Source of the DNA: Camelus ferus
Lineage: Eukaryota
NCBI RefSeq assembly: GCF_009834535.1
Contig: NC_045697.1
Location: forward strand, 66,652,001 to 66,716,000
Direction: 5' to 3'
DNA: 64,000 bases
Shown here: positions 39,421 to 51,634 of the stretch, one piece after another
Position numbering within the stretch: position 1 is the first letter of the stretch
Layout of the letters: every line of letters begins with the position of its first letter
Notes under the pieces: model-generated
What the model was told of the DNA's origin: nothing
Database searches by the model: none
Seen by the model: only the letters and a program-made list of their open reading frames with translations
Program-made: the position numbers and the translations under genes

Positions 39421-41337
39421 AGTTGTCTGCATTCAGATGCTTGATCCTCCCGTGCCTGATGACTGTAGGTTGAGAAATGCTGTTGTGGGAAAGTAGAACT
39501 TCATATACCGTCGTTTCTCATGGTTTGCATTTTTAAAGTTAAGGAAATTGAAATTGAATGCTGTTAAATGACTTGTTCAAGATTAAACAAATACTTAGTG
39601 GCAGATTTGGAGCTAGAGTTTAGCCCTTTTTCAGTGTCTGGCATCTGCCCTGTTTTTATCTCAAGAGCATTCAAATAATTCTAATAATTATCTTACACAT
39701 TTGATGTTCACAATTTCTCTTTTCTTTAATTTGGAATTTCACTGAAATAGTTTAAATGCTGCAAATATGTAGAGTATAAACTAATATTTATATATTTCTA
39801 AAATCACTTTAAAAATTCTCACTTGGAAAATGGTTTTCATGTATTGTTACACAAGAATACTAAAATAAGGAAACAAGACTCCTCTTCTGCATCTCCTCCC
39901 CCATCTGCCAGGGTCTGAAACTACTCAACATTCTGTGCCATAGCAAGTGATCGTAGTTTTTAAAATAAGAAGTAATCTGTTTAATAATGCATTATTGATT
40001 TGCAGTTCTCTGGAGACCAGGATTCAATTCATCACACTTCCTATGTAGAAATGTATCAGTAGCCAAAGAGACATTGTTTTATTTGTTTGGAGGAGCTTGT
40101 ACAGTTTTCTTCAACAGCCTAATGATTTATATTGTAATTTTTGCAAAGCTTTGTGATTCACAAGAGGGTATCAGACAGTTAAATGGTGATGTTTGTACTT
40201 TTTGGGTAGTTCCATGGTAAGTGAAGCTTCCTGAAGGCAGAACTATAAATAGGCCCTAATTACCTGCCCTCCGTGATTTTTTTTTTTTTTTGTAGTGAAC
40301 TTTTTACCTAATTGTAGAGCTCCATAATGTTTATGGTGCAACCTGTATACCTGCATTGACTGGGGAGATTGATTGGCTTGGCTGTCTGGGACATATAATA
40401 GATTACAGCCTTTTTCCGTGACATCATTATTATAATAGACTTCTTTGAGAATATGAACAGCAGCTGTGCACGTTTGTGAGTTTTACATTATGAACCATAA
40501 CAGCCTTTTCAGCTCTATACAAGTGATAGGGCAGCTTGATGCTTAACAAATGAGGCCAAACTCTGAGCTGTGAAACTGTTAACAGATCTAGTAATGACAC
40601 GGGCCCCATGTGTGGAACATTTCATGACAACTGGGGAAAATGGGCGACCGTCATTTAGCACGTTGGCTAAAGGTTTTCTTTACTTCTTATTCAGTGTGAC
40701 TGCACAGAATCAATTAGAATTGAAGTTTGTGTCCATAGATGTAGCATCTCTTCAGTTGAATTTTATTTTGAAACTTTCAAATTTTCCAGCTTGTGAGTGT
40801 TCCATTTTCCAGCCTTTAAAAAGGAAAAACAAGAATTCCTGGTCCTTGAAGATCAAAAAAAAAAAATAATAAAATGCTTTCTTTTACTATAAAGGTAGGA
40901 ATCTAAGTTAATATGATGTGGGAAAAATATCTTGATTAAACAAATACATACTATTTAAGAGTAGGAAAATAAATGTATTTCTAATCTGTACAATACTAAA
41001 GCAAAAAAAAAATCATTTTAGTAGAGAAACTTATTTAACTGTTGTAGGCCTACCTAAAAAGTTCTTTGTATATTGTGCCTTGTCAGACTTTTTCTTTTTG
41101 AATAATTTATTACTGTGATTTGCAGTGACAAATGGTATGCTGTCAATGTGTCTTTTTTGTAGTAAAAAAATTAACAAGGTAATAACTTGGAAATTATCTT
41201 TTTCTGGGATGTGTAAAATTCTGTGTTGTATTTTAATTAAGAGATAAAAATTCCTGAGATGGGAACATTTTTAGAAGATTATCTTTTATAATTCCCTGTT
41301 TAGTTTAAATCTAGACTCTTGGAATAACAATGACCTC

Positions 41338-42678
41338 CAATTTACATTCACACCAACAGTGTAGGATGGTTCCTTTTTCTCCACACCCTCTCCAGCATTT
41401 ATTATTTGTTGACTTTTAATTAATTAATTTTTATTTATTTCTATTGAAGTACAGTCAGTTGCAATGTGTCAGTTCCTGATGTACAACACAATGTCCCAGT
41501 CATGCATATACATTTATTTGTAGACTTTTTAATTATGGCCATTCTGACTGGTATGAGGTGTTATTACCTCATTGTAGTTTTTGATTTGCATTTCCCTAAT
41601 GATTAGTAATATTGAACATCTTTTCATGTATGTATATATATACATGGATGAATAAAATTGGTGCAGCCACTATGGAGAGCAATAGGGAGGTTCCTTAAAA
41701 AAATTGAAAATAGACTTACCATATGATCCAGCAGTCCCACTCCTGGGCATATATCTGGAGAAAACTCTAATTCAAAAAGATACATGCACCCTGGTGTTCA
41801 TAGCAGCACTATTTACAACAGCCAAGACATAGTAACAACCTAAATGTCCATCAACAAATGACTGTAGTTGTCATATATATATCCACCTACCATGGAATAC
41901 TACTCAGCCATGAAAAATAAATAATGCCATTTGCTGGAACATGAGTGGACCTGGAGATCATCATATTTATTGAAGCAAGTTACACAAAGACAAATATCAT
42001 ATAATATCAGTTATATGTGGAATCTAAAAACAATCACATAAATGAACTTATTTATAAACCAGAAATAGTCTCACAGACATAGAAAACAAATTATGGGTAA
42101 GTCTATTTTCACTTGTTTAAGGAACCTTTATACTGTTTTGCATAATGGCTGCACCAAACTACATTTCCACCAACAGTGGGAATTTTAAAAAGTAGTATAG
42201 TCAATCATGAATAGTACACAGTAATAAAAGAACAAACTATTAATATATGCAATGATCTAGATGGATTCCAGATGATTATGTTGATAAAAAAAAATCCAAC
42301 CTCAAAACTTACATGCTTTTATGATTAAATTTATGTAGCATTTTTGAAATGACAAAGTAATAAATGTTGAGAATAGGAAAAATAAAAATAAAAAACCAAC
42401 AAACTATGATTACCAAAGGAGGAAGGGAGAGAGAAATTTGGAGTTTGGGATTAACATACACACACTACCATATATAAAATAGATAAACAACAAAGATCTA
42501 GTATATAGCACAGAGAACTATACTTAATATCTTGTAAAAGCTATAATAGAAAAAAACCTGAAAAAGAATATATATATACACATATAATTGAATCACTTAC
42601 TGTACACCAGAAACTAACACAACATTGTAAATCAATTACACTTCAATTTTAAAAAGTTAAAAAATAGAATTTTTAAAA
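41338..42678 (+). mobile_element. Artiodactyl-type L1 with 5' inversion (41338-~41630 antisense; ~41655-42678 sense) and two nested insertions
   Basis: Antisense 'aatttacattcacaccaacagtg...'; sense 'aaattggtgcagccactatgg...gatccagcagtcccactcctgggcatatatc...actaacacaacattgtaaatcaattacacttcaat'; flanking repeat gaataacaatgacctc / gaataacaataatctc. Confidence 0.92.
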
Positions 42679-43714
42679 GAATAACAATAATCTCATAAAT
42701 AGCCATGTACAGTCTTTGCTAAAAAAAAGTGAATACTGTCATGGAATATTGGTGAGTATATTTGAGTTATCTTTTAGGAATCTTTCGGCAACAAATGCTA
42801 ATTTTTTAGATTGTTCTCATCACTACTTTTTTTGAATGAGGATTAGTTGTTTCTTGTTTTGCATTGAAAATGAGAGGAAAATTGTGGCTTTTAAAAGTGT
42901 CAAATCTTTGTCAGGGAATAGTAATTCTAAAGTTTCATCAGTTCTGCCATTGTGTTCATATATCACTTAGTTTGATGTGTGGGTTCATTTTTATGAGTGA
43001 GGCATTTAATACATTGAGGAAACAATTGCTCTGGGGAAAGCTATTATATGGCTTCTTATTAGAAGGTACTGGAGCAAATTTGAAATAAGCTACGTATAAT
43101 TGATTTTTCAGTGGCAAGAATTGAAACTATAGTACATATATTTAAGAATCACCTAAAACTATGATAATTGAGTGAATTATGAATTTACAGTTTTTTAGCT
43201 TCAATCACTAAATTTTCCAGTCAAGCTAATAAGCCAGCATTAATTAAATATGCTGTCTCCTTTCAAATGCTTTATTTTGAGATTAAAGTTCATAGTTTAT
43301 ATCATGATATTCAGAAGTGCAGTTTCAGGAGAAGAACCTGACTTTAGTAACAATGATATGAAGTCATAATCTGTGTATTCTTATGATTAAATTTAGATTG
43401 ATTGCTGTCAGTCAAAGATGGGAGATTTAATGGCATGTATATTGAATAAATCTGGGAAAAATTTTAAACACAGCATTTTCTAAATTTCTTTAACAAGTGT
43501 TTTTAGTTAAGAAAATTCCAGCTGTAACTTCTAGATGGGCTTAACACTACTTACATGCTTATCCGGTAGTGACGGTAGGTTTAACCATCTAGATGAAGTA
43601 AAACTGGTGTAAGATTGCTGAGTACTGGTATGAAATAAACTCATTTTAAAAAATAGTCACAGTTCTTCCCAGATACCTGCTGCTTTGACCTAACTAGTGG
43701 CTGTTACTCACGGG

Positions 43715-43830
43715 TGTTAATCCTTGTTCTATTAGATTGTAAGTTCCTTGAGGGCTGGATTCTTCCTTTACTTGTACCTCCCTGTGATTGGGGGTAGAGT
43801 AGGTATTTAATACAAACGTGTTAGCTGAAG
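43715..43830 (+). mobile_element. L2 3' end
   Basis: 'tattagattgtaagttccttgagggctgga...agtaggtatttaatacaaacgtgttagctgaa'. Confidence 0.7.
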
Positions 43831-44094
43831 TAATGCTCTTGTTCCCAAGCAGGATTTTGAAGTCAGGTTACATACCTTTGTATGATAGGACCCGCTGGAC
43901 AAGTAGCCAAGGGTGGTGTAGTTGATTTAATTTTCTGGCCTGTCTTGGCTCCTTCATTCTATTCCTGGAAAAGAGGTTTCCTCCCAGCCACATCCCCTCT
44001 GGCAATTCATGGCCCTAGTCCTGAACCACACTTTCCCTATCAGGCTTCACTTTCTCCTAGTTCTCACAAACTTCAGATCCTACTACTGCACCTC

Positions 44095-44270
44095 TTACTG
44101 CAATTTATTTATTTAGGTTTTAAATCCTTTACGTATACAAATTTATTCTCACAATCCTCTGCAAACACACATTTTACACAGAGGAACAGGTAGCATGTCC
44201 AGTGACGCACATGCCACAGATAGAGACCAGATGTTCACCCAGGACTTTCTGACGTGAAACCTGTGCCCTT
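44095..44270 (-). mobile_element. MIR, degraded
   Basis: 'atttattctcacaatcctctg...cattttacacagaggaac...ttcacccaggactttctgac'. Confidence 0.65.
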
Positions 44271-44854
44271 CGTCTCTCCCTGGTCGTAGCTCATTTTGCC
44301 TGCCAAACCAGGTCCTTACACTTCTCTAACCGTAGCTGGGTTCAAACTTAAGAGTTCAGACCCTTCTAAAGTGCCTTTGTCCGTACCAGGAGGCAATTTC
44401 CACAGAAATACAGCCAGAATCACTCTGAGAGGTCCTAGAGAAACAAGCATGTTGAGAAACACGAAGGAAACCTGAAATGAGGACAATGGAAGCAAGAGCA
44501 GGAGAACATTCTCAATCCCTCAGTCTCTGGCAGAAGTTCTCAGGTTTCCAAGGCAAATAGTTGTATTTAAGCACAAAACCAATACTTCTGCCTGAAGCTA
44601 AATGAACAAGTAGCTCTTTTGAAGTATTCAATCCCTCTCATTTAGATAGAATTTAAAAACAAAGAAAAAAGAAAAGAACAAGAGCATGAAGAAGAGATAA
44701 GGCTTTGTAGTTCCCATCCTTGAGAAGCTCTGGTCCTTTATTTTGAAAGTTAAAAGGTCTATAGAATCTGGGGCCCTTAGCTGACCATGTGATATTGGCA
44801 ACTTCTAAAACTCTCTGAGCTTAAATTTCATCACTGATAAATTGGAGATTGTAA

Positions 44855-45000
44855 TTCCAGAATTCAGGCTGCACAGCAAAATCTCCTGGGGGCTTTTTTC
44901 CTCTTTTTTTCTTCTTTTTTTAAAAAATTTTTTAAACTACAGATGTCTAGGATTCAGCCTAGATTTGCTAAATCACAATCTTTGCCTGGGCTTGTGCAGA
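44855..45000. mobile_element. MER5-like hAT MITE fragment
   Basis: 'ggctgcacagcaaaatctcctggggg...aaactacagatgtctagg...ctaaatcacaatct'. Confidence 0.55.
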
Positions 45001-45891
45001 GATAGGGAGATGAGACTGGGGTGGAGGTGGTGAAGTGTGCCTTGCTAAAGAGTGTGGGCGTTGCTGTGCAGCTGGTCGGGAGGCTGTGCAAGTTTTAAGG
45101 CAATTTATCAATGTCTCTGACAGCAGTGAATGAAGGTAGGCAACAGGTGTGCCGTCAGACAGGTAATTAAACATGTCTTTATTTTGTGAAATGTATAACT
45201 TAGGGTAAATGTATTTGTCAATAAATTGTATTCTGAAAAGAATGAAAGGTGAAGTCAGTTAAGAGACTAGCCTTTCTTCTCAAAGGTGGATTTGTATTTC
45301 TAGTTTCTCTCCAAGTGAACATTTATTCATTCTTTTCATTAATTCTTTTCATCCATTTAGGAATGTTAATTTTGTGCCAGGCACAAAATTATATGTTACT
45401 TCCTTAGAGGAGTCCATGTGATGTTACTGAGCTGCTGCCTATGTGTGGAATAGTGGAGATGGGTGATTTTAAATCTGAAGGACCTTTTAATTGACAAAAA
45501 AGAAATACGTGTTAATTATCTGTGCCTCTCATTTATACACTCCTCTTATATATTAGGATTTAAAGACAACTATAATTTTTAAAAATCACAATTATATTAA
45601 CCTTTAAAAAGAAAAACATTTGCTTTCTCTGTCCAGTACAGGACAGTGGACCACAACTGCTTAATACCAATTTTGCAGTTTTTTGGTCTAGTCTCCAATT
45701 CCTGCTGAAGATTTGGAACAGATAGCATTTCTTTTCCAGAAATTTTATCGGGGGACGGGGGGGGAAGCAAGTCTTATTTAGACTTTGGTTTTAGATTTGA
45801 TAGCACATTTCTTTCTTCATTGCTGTTAAAATATTAATTGGGATTCCCTTTATGGAAACATTTTTACAGTGAGGTAGAGGCATCTGAAGCT

Positions 45892-46029
45892 AATTCAGCT
45901 TTTACTAACAGGTGATAGAAAAAGTACCTGATGTAGCCTGTCAGTTCATTTCCTTTTATAAATTCAGCTTTTACTAACAGGTGATAGAAAAAGTACCTGA
46001 TGTAGCCTGTCAGTTCATTTCCTTTTATA
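45892..46029. repeat. Perfect 69-bp tandem duplication
   Basis: 45892-45960 is identical to 45961-46029. Confidence 0.97.
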
Positions 46030-46109
46030 AGAGCCAGAGATCATGAAGTAAACCTACTCAGATTTATGAAAATTTTGCTGAATTGATTCATACTAAGAAG
46101 TTTGAGCCA

Positions 46110-46340
46110 TGATGGTCTAGCAGAAAGAAAATGAGTTTTGGATTTGTAATTGTATCTCCAAGAGGCTTACAGATTGCCAGATCTTCACCTTCCCAAGTTC
46201 CTTACATAAATTTCTTAGCCAAGACTCAGTTTTCTCACGTGCAAAATGGATGTGTTAATCCCTATCTGATAGAGTTGCTGAGGATAAAATGAATTCTGAA
46301 AAATAAGTACCAGACTTAATATTGAGTCTTAATAAGTGTT
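46110..46340 (+). mobile_element. MIR, degraded
   Basis: 'ctcagttttctcacgtgcaaaatgga...cctatctgatagagttgctgaggataaaatga'. Confidence 0.7.
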
Positions 46341-46439
46341 GTTTTTTTTCAAAGAAAGTTTTCCAGCCTCTAAATGAAAGCATGAATAAGCACATCACAT
46401 GTGCACTCATGAAGCCAAAAAGTTCTAATTAGGCGCTTT

Positions 46440-47008
46440 GTTTCATTTACGTTGACTTAATTTTCAAGAGCAGTTTTAGGTTCACAGCAATTTAAGGGAA
46501 AGATACAGAGATTTCACATATACTCTGCCCCCATAAATGCATAGCATTCCTCATTATCAACGTCCCTCTCCAAAACGGTACATTTGTTACAGTTGATGAA
46601 CCTACATTGACACACTGTAATTACCCAGAGTTGGTACTTTGTATAACAGTTGACTCTTGGTGGTGGTGTACATTCTGTGGGTTTGAACAGTTGTGTGACA
46701 TGCATGTACCCATCACTATGGTATTTTCATTGCCATAAAAATTCTTTGTGCTCTGCCTATTCATTCTTCCCCCTGAACCACTAATCTTTTTACTGACTCC
46801 ATAGTTTTGCTCTTTCCAGTATATCATATACTTTGAATCATACAGTATGTAACCTTTTCAAATTGGCTTCTTTCACTTAATATGCACTTAAATTTCCTCT
46901 ATGTCTTTTCATGGCTTAAGAACTCATTTCTTTTTAGCACTGAATAATATTCCATTGTCTGAATATACCAGTTTATCAGCCTACTGAAGGACATCTTGAT
47001 TGCTTCTA
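46440..47008 (-). mobile_element. L1MC1/2-like 3' UTR
   Basis: 'agagcagttttaggttcacagcaa', 'ggtacatttgttacagttgatgaacctacattgacac', 'ctactgaaggacatcttgattgcttc'. Confidence 0.9.
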
Positions 47009-47454
47009 TAATGTTTTATATTCTTTTGAGTCTTTTTTCCCAGTCATTTGAGACAGATTTAAGTAGTACAAATATAAGTATAATAAATATAGTCAATTAT
47101 ATTTTACTTTGTAATTCATCATTCTTACATTTTTCTGAATGTTATTTAGGAAATTTATAATACTGCAAATGCTAATAGGAAAATGAAACCATATTGTATA
47201 ATATAGACTCCAGTTGATCTTAAACTATATTGCATTCTCATCCCATCCATTATTCAATGTTTATTGCTTCCCCATTACTATAGGCTGTAACATTTTGTAT
47301 TTGTTAGAGTTTTTATGTTTCCAGAATACTTCTACGTCGATTAACAAGTTCCATACTATGACAGCTCTGTTTAAAGCACTTCTGCATGTGGTTGAGACTC
47401 CATCCCTTGCTGCCTCCTCTCTGACGTTGAGCCTTCAGTTCTTCTTTGTTGCTT

Positions 47455-48063
47455 CTTTTTTTTCCGGGGCAGGGTTGGTTTATTGAATTAAAGTCAGTTT
47501 ACAATGCTGTGTCAATTTCTGCTGTATAGTATAATGTTTCAGTCATACATATACATACATGTTCCTTTTTATGCTTTTTCATTATAGGTTACTACAAGAT
47601 ACTGAATATAGTTCCCTGTGCTATACGGAAGAAACTTGTTTATCTATTTTATATATAGTAGTTAGTATCTGCAAACCTTGAATTCCCAGTTTATCCCTTC
47701 CCACCCCCTTTCCCCCCTGATAACCATAAGTTGTTTTTTTCTGTGTCTGTGAGTCTTTTGCTATTTTGTAAATAAGTTCATTTGTGTCTGTCTTTTTTTT
47801 TTTTTTTTTAGATTCCACATGTAAGTGATAGCATATGATATTTTTCTTTCTCTTTCTGGCTTATTTTACTTAGAATGACAATCTCCAGGTCCATCCATGT
47901 TGCTGCAAATGGCATTATTTTATTCTTCTTATGGCTGAGTAGTATTCCATAAATATACTATGACTTCTTTATCCAGTCATCTGTCAATGGACATTTAGGC
48001 TGTTCTATATCTTGGCCATTGTAAACAGTGATGCTGTGAACATTGAGGTGCATGGATCTTTTT
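47455..48063 (-). mobile_element. Artiodactyl/camelid-type L1 3' end
   Basis: 'agtcagtttacaatgctgtgtcaatttctg', 'cattataggttactacaagatactgaatatagttccctgtgctatac', 'tccatccatgttgctgcaaatggc'. Confidence 0.93.
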
Positions 48064-48631
48064 GTACTTGTTGAATTTTTTTTTTTTTCTCAAAAGAAGT
48101 TTGCTTGAAATATACTATTGGTGCAGTTACATTTTTCCTACTTGTAATATTGGAAGGTTCAGATATTTCAGACAGTGTTTTATCCACTGTACTTTTCAGG
48201 AACATTCAGTGTTTGGTTTTTTTGTTTTTTGTTTTTTTGTTTTTTGCTCTTTCTCCTACCCAGAGCGTAGAGATTAGATGGGAAGTGAACTAAGAACCTT
48301 TATCCTTTTTCTTTATTCTTTCTTTTATCAAACCAAACTTGTTTACTCCTTGGATCCCAGAACAAGTCTTACTCATTACCCTATCTTGGCTTTGCTGATT
48401 CCATGTCTGACTAAAAAGACTGTATTTCAGATTCTGATTGTAAAAACTGTGCAACCTGATCTAAATTATTAAACTTTCTGTGCATACAGTGCAGATCATT
48501 ATGACTGCTGTATCTGGCTTCTCAGACTGTGCACTGCACCTCTCTGGGACTCTATTTACATAGATCACAATATGTGGAATGTGTGACATCCTTTGCAGGA
48601 TAGTTATAAGATATACATGAGGTCCTAAAGA

Positions 48632-48885
48632 GAGTAGTTGAACACAGTGATAGAGTATGGACTTGAAAGTCCAAACTCCTGGGATTACAACTCAGCCATT
48701 CTATTTATTAGCTGTATGATCTTGGGGAAATCATTAAACCTTTACTGTGCCTCACTTCCCATATTTTTAAAATGGAAACAAGTGCCTACATCGTAAGGGT
48801 ATTCTGAAGATCAAATGTGTTAGTATTAATAAAGTGCTTAGAACAGTTCCTGGCATGCAGAATGCCTAGTATATGTTAGGCATTT
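48632..48885 (+). mobile_element. Near full-length MIR
   Basis: 'tattagctgtatgatcttggggaaatcattaaacctttactgtgcctcacttccc', 'aaagtgcttagaacagttcctggcat'. Confidence 0.88.
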
Positions 48886-51634
48886 CTCTTACTGTATGAA
48901 AATTGCTTACTGTGGTTCTCATGCTCTTTAACTGGTAGCTCTTCTTTAGATAAGGTTCACTCCTCACATTCAAGGTCCTTCTTCACCAGATCTTTCCTAA
49001 CCTCCTTATACTTCAGTTATTTTTTCATAAGAATTCTACACAGCAGGAATTATAGTAGGTATGTGATTTAGCTTGGAACTTAAGCTGCTTTATAGTATGC
49101 ATACATCTCTTTCTAGAAGGCCAGGACCCTCATCTTTACCTTTAAGGTGTTCTCAGCTTTTATCCCCTTCTGCCTCATTTATGACTGGTGTTGCTGGAAA
49201 AATGATCCATTGTCTGCCCTTTGCTCTGAAGGGAGTTGGTCTCAAGCGTCCGAGGCTTACGAACCAGAAAAGACAGCAGTAGTGCACTCATGGTCTCTTC
49301 TTTTAAGGCTTGTATAATCTAGTTTATTATATAAGATTAATGTGCACAACAATGAACAATTCAAAGTGATTAAATTCTGTGATACACAGTTAGACTAACA
49401 GCAGTGAGAGTTTAGGAGAAAGCCATGTGTGTAAGAGCTGAGTCAGTGAGAAGAGCCTTCCTGTGGGGTGCAATTTAAATGGAGTTGTATGTGAATAGAT
49501 CAAGCTGATCTAGGCCTTCAGATAATGCTGATGATGTTAATGTGTATGTTGATACTAATAGGTAATATGTGCTAATATTAATCCTCAGAGCAAACACGAA
49601 CGCAGCATGCAATGCTAGATGTTGTTCTTAGTGCTTTACACATAGTAACACAATTAATTCTTTCTACAAAGTTGAGAGGCAGGAGCTACTCCTGTCATGT
49701 TAAAAATAAGGAATTTGATGTTGCCAGTAGGTTATATTTAGTTGTGATCATGATTACAAGTTTTACTTTATTTCACAGTAAATGAAAGCCTTTATAATTT
49801 TTCAAAAAGATCGAACATTTGAAATTAAGTTTCATCATATTTTCTTTAATCTTGCCTTGTAATCTTTTTATTTATTTTTTTAAATGAAAGTTGTTTTTAT
49901 GATAGCTCCTTCCCCATAAAGACATAATATAATTATCAACAACAACACAAAAAGATGAAAGACTTTCATGGTTTGGAATGTGGTGTAGCTTATTTTATAA
50001 TTTAATAACTTCTTTTATAATTTAGGTCAGCACATCAGATTTTAATGGTTTCTTATTTGTCTGATTAAAAACAACTGGTAAAGCTCATCTCCAGTGAGAA
50101 AAAAAGTGGAGTATTGAAATTGCAAAATATTTATGGTGGTGGAGTTCTGAATTTAATTGGTAGCTACTTGGGTGCCAGTAACAGATTAGAATTTGGTTTT
50201 TAACAACTTTGATAGACTTAGTGTACTCTTGCCAAACTTTGTAACATAAATTGTGGATTATTGGCAAATCTCATCCGTATTTTTTTTTTTTTTGGCAGCC
50301 CTTTGGTGGAAATAGACTGATTTTTATTGTGTTGTTTAAAGAAAAAAAATAATTGAAATCTGTTTTTTCACTCATCAAAAAGACTGTCTTGGTTTTATTT
50401 TGTAACTGCATCTTTTTCTAATGAGATGTAGGCTGTATTCCTTGGGACATCAAAGAAAATTGTTTAGTTTCTAATAGAAGTCATTTAAGAGGTAGCTAAA
50501 GATGAGCAGACTTGATTGGGTTTTAGAAAGTCTTTTAAAGTGTAGATTATTCTGTTGATGCCCACAGCTTTCAGTTGTTACTGGCTTATTCATTTGCCAA
50601 AAGAGCAGATAAACAGTCTGTAGGGCAGGAGTTGCTGAGTTCTGTAATTGGGGCCATAGTTCATGTGGGCATTTGCCTATCTTTCCTCTCATTCACAGGG
50701 CTTGCTGTGGCTTAGTGTTAACAATCCTGTGTTTGAGGGTGGCTGTGAAACTCGAGGCCTCACGCAGGAGGCCTGCCTTCCATGGTGGTGTAGGTGTGAC
50801 TGTGAAGTGTGAGACTGGTTTCCACCTTATGGACAGCCTGTGCCCAGGGAGTCTGCCTCTGCTGGGTGGTTTTTTCTTTTCGCAGTGTGTGTGTGGGAGA
50901 ACGTGTACAGGAATTCTTTTTGCTCTTTCTTTTCGTGTTTTTTCTTACAAGACCGTGATGTTTGAAATGAGCATTTGGTCTTTCATGGCTCCTTTTTGCT
51001 TTTTTCCCCCATTGTCGCCCTGCAGCTGTAGATGAGAAGCATTTTTCTTTGACCTCCCTTCCCTGTGTTACTTTAGCTCCTCCCAGGGATGCTTCACAGA
51101 TGACCTTGTGATCCTTCATTTTCACTCATGTCTAGGAGGTAACATATAACTTCAATTAGTGAGTTGAGGTATTGATTCAATTCTAAGATACAAGATACAT
51201 TCCAACTTCAGGTAACAGTGTGAAAGCATACCTATAGTGGTAGTAACTGTTACTCATTTACGATGCACGTTTTTTTAGGATGTTACAAGGTAAGAAGAAA
51301 AAGGAATGCAGGCATTTGTATCAGTGAAATATTGTCAGTTTTATTAGGTCCTGACTACTGTGGGTTATCGCTCTCATTTGATATGAAGTGAGAAGTATAA
51401 TATGGTTGGAACCAAGATAAACCTTTGTGTGCCAAATTCCCTTCTTTGAGCATTTCTGAAAGCAGCTCTTTTAAATAGGCCATTGTTAATTATGGAACCT
51501 GACTACCACATGTGTTCTGAAAATATATATGGAAAGAAGGTGCTTTCTACTTCTCAGTCTACCAGTTTTTTATCCATCAGCATTCTACTGAAAACACAGT
51601 GTTAGTGGTAATAATGTTCTCTTTGGATCACTCA

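Noticed and set aside
45892..46029. CRISPR-like repeat array
   Set aside because: Two abutting copies with no spacers, in mammalian DNA
50673..51125. Overlapping 120/121-aa ORFs on opposite strands
   Set aside because: No homology recognised; composition is driven by T-runs
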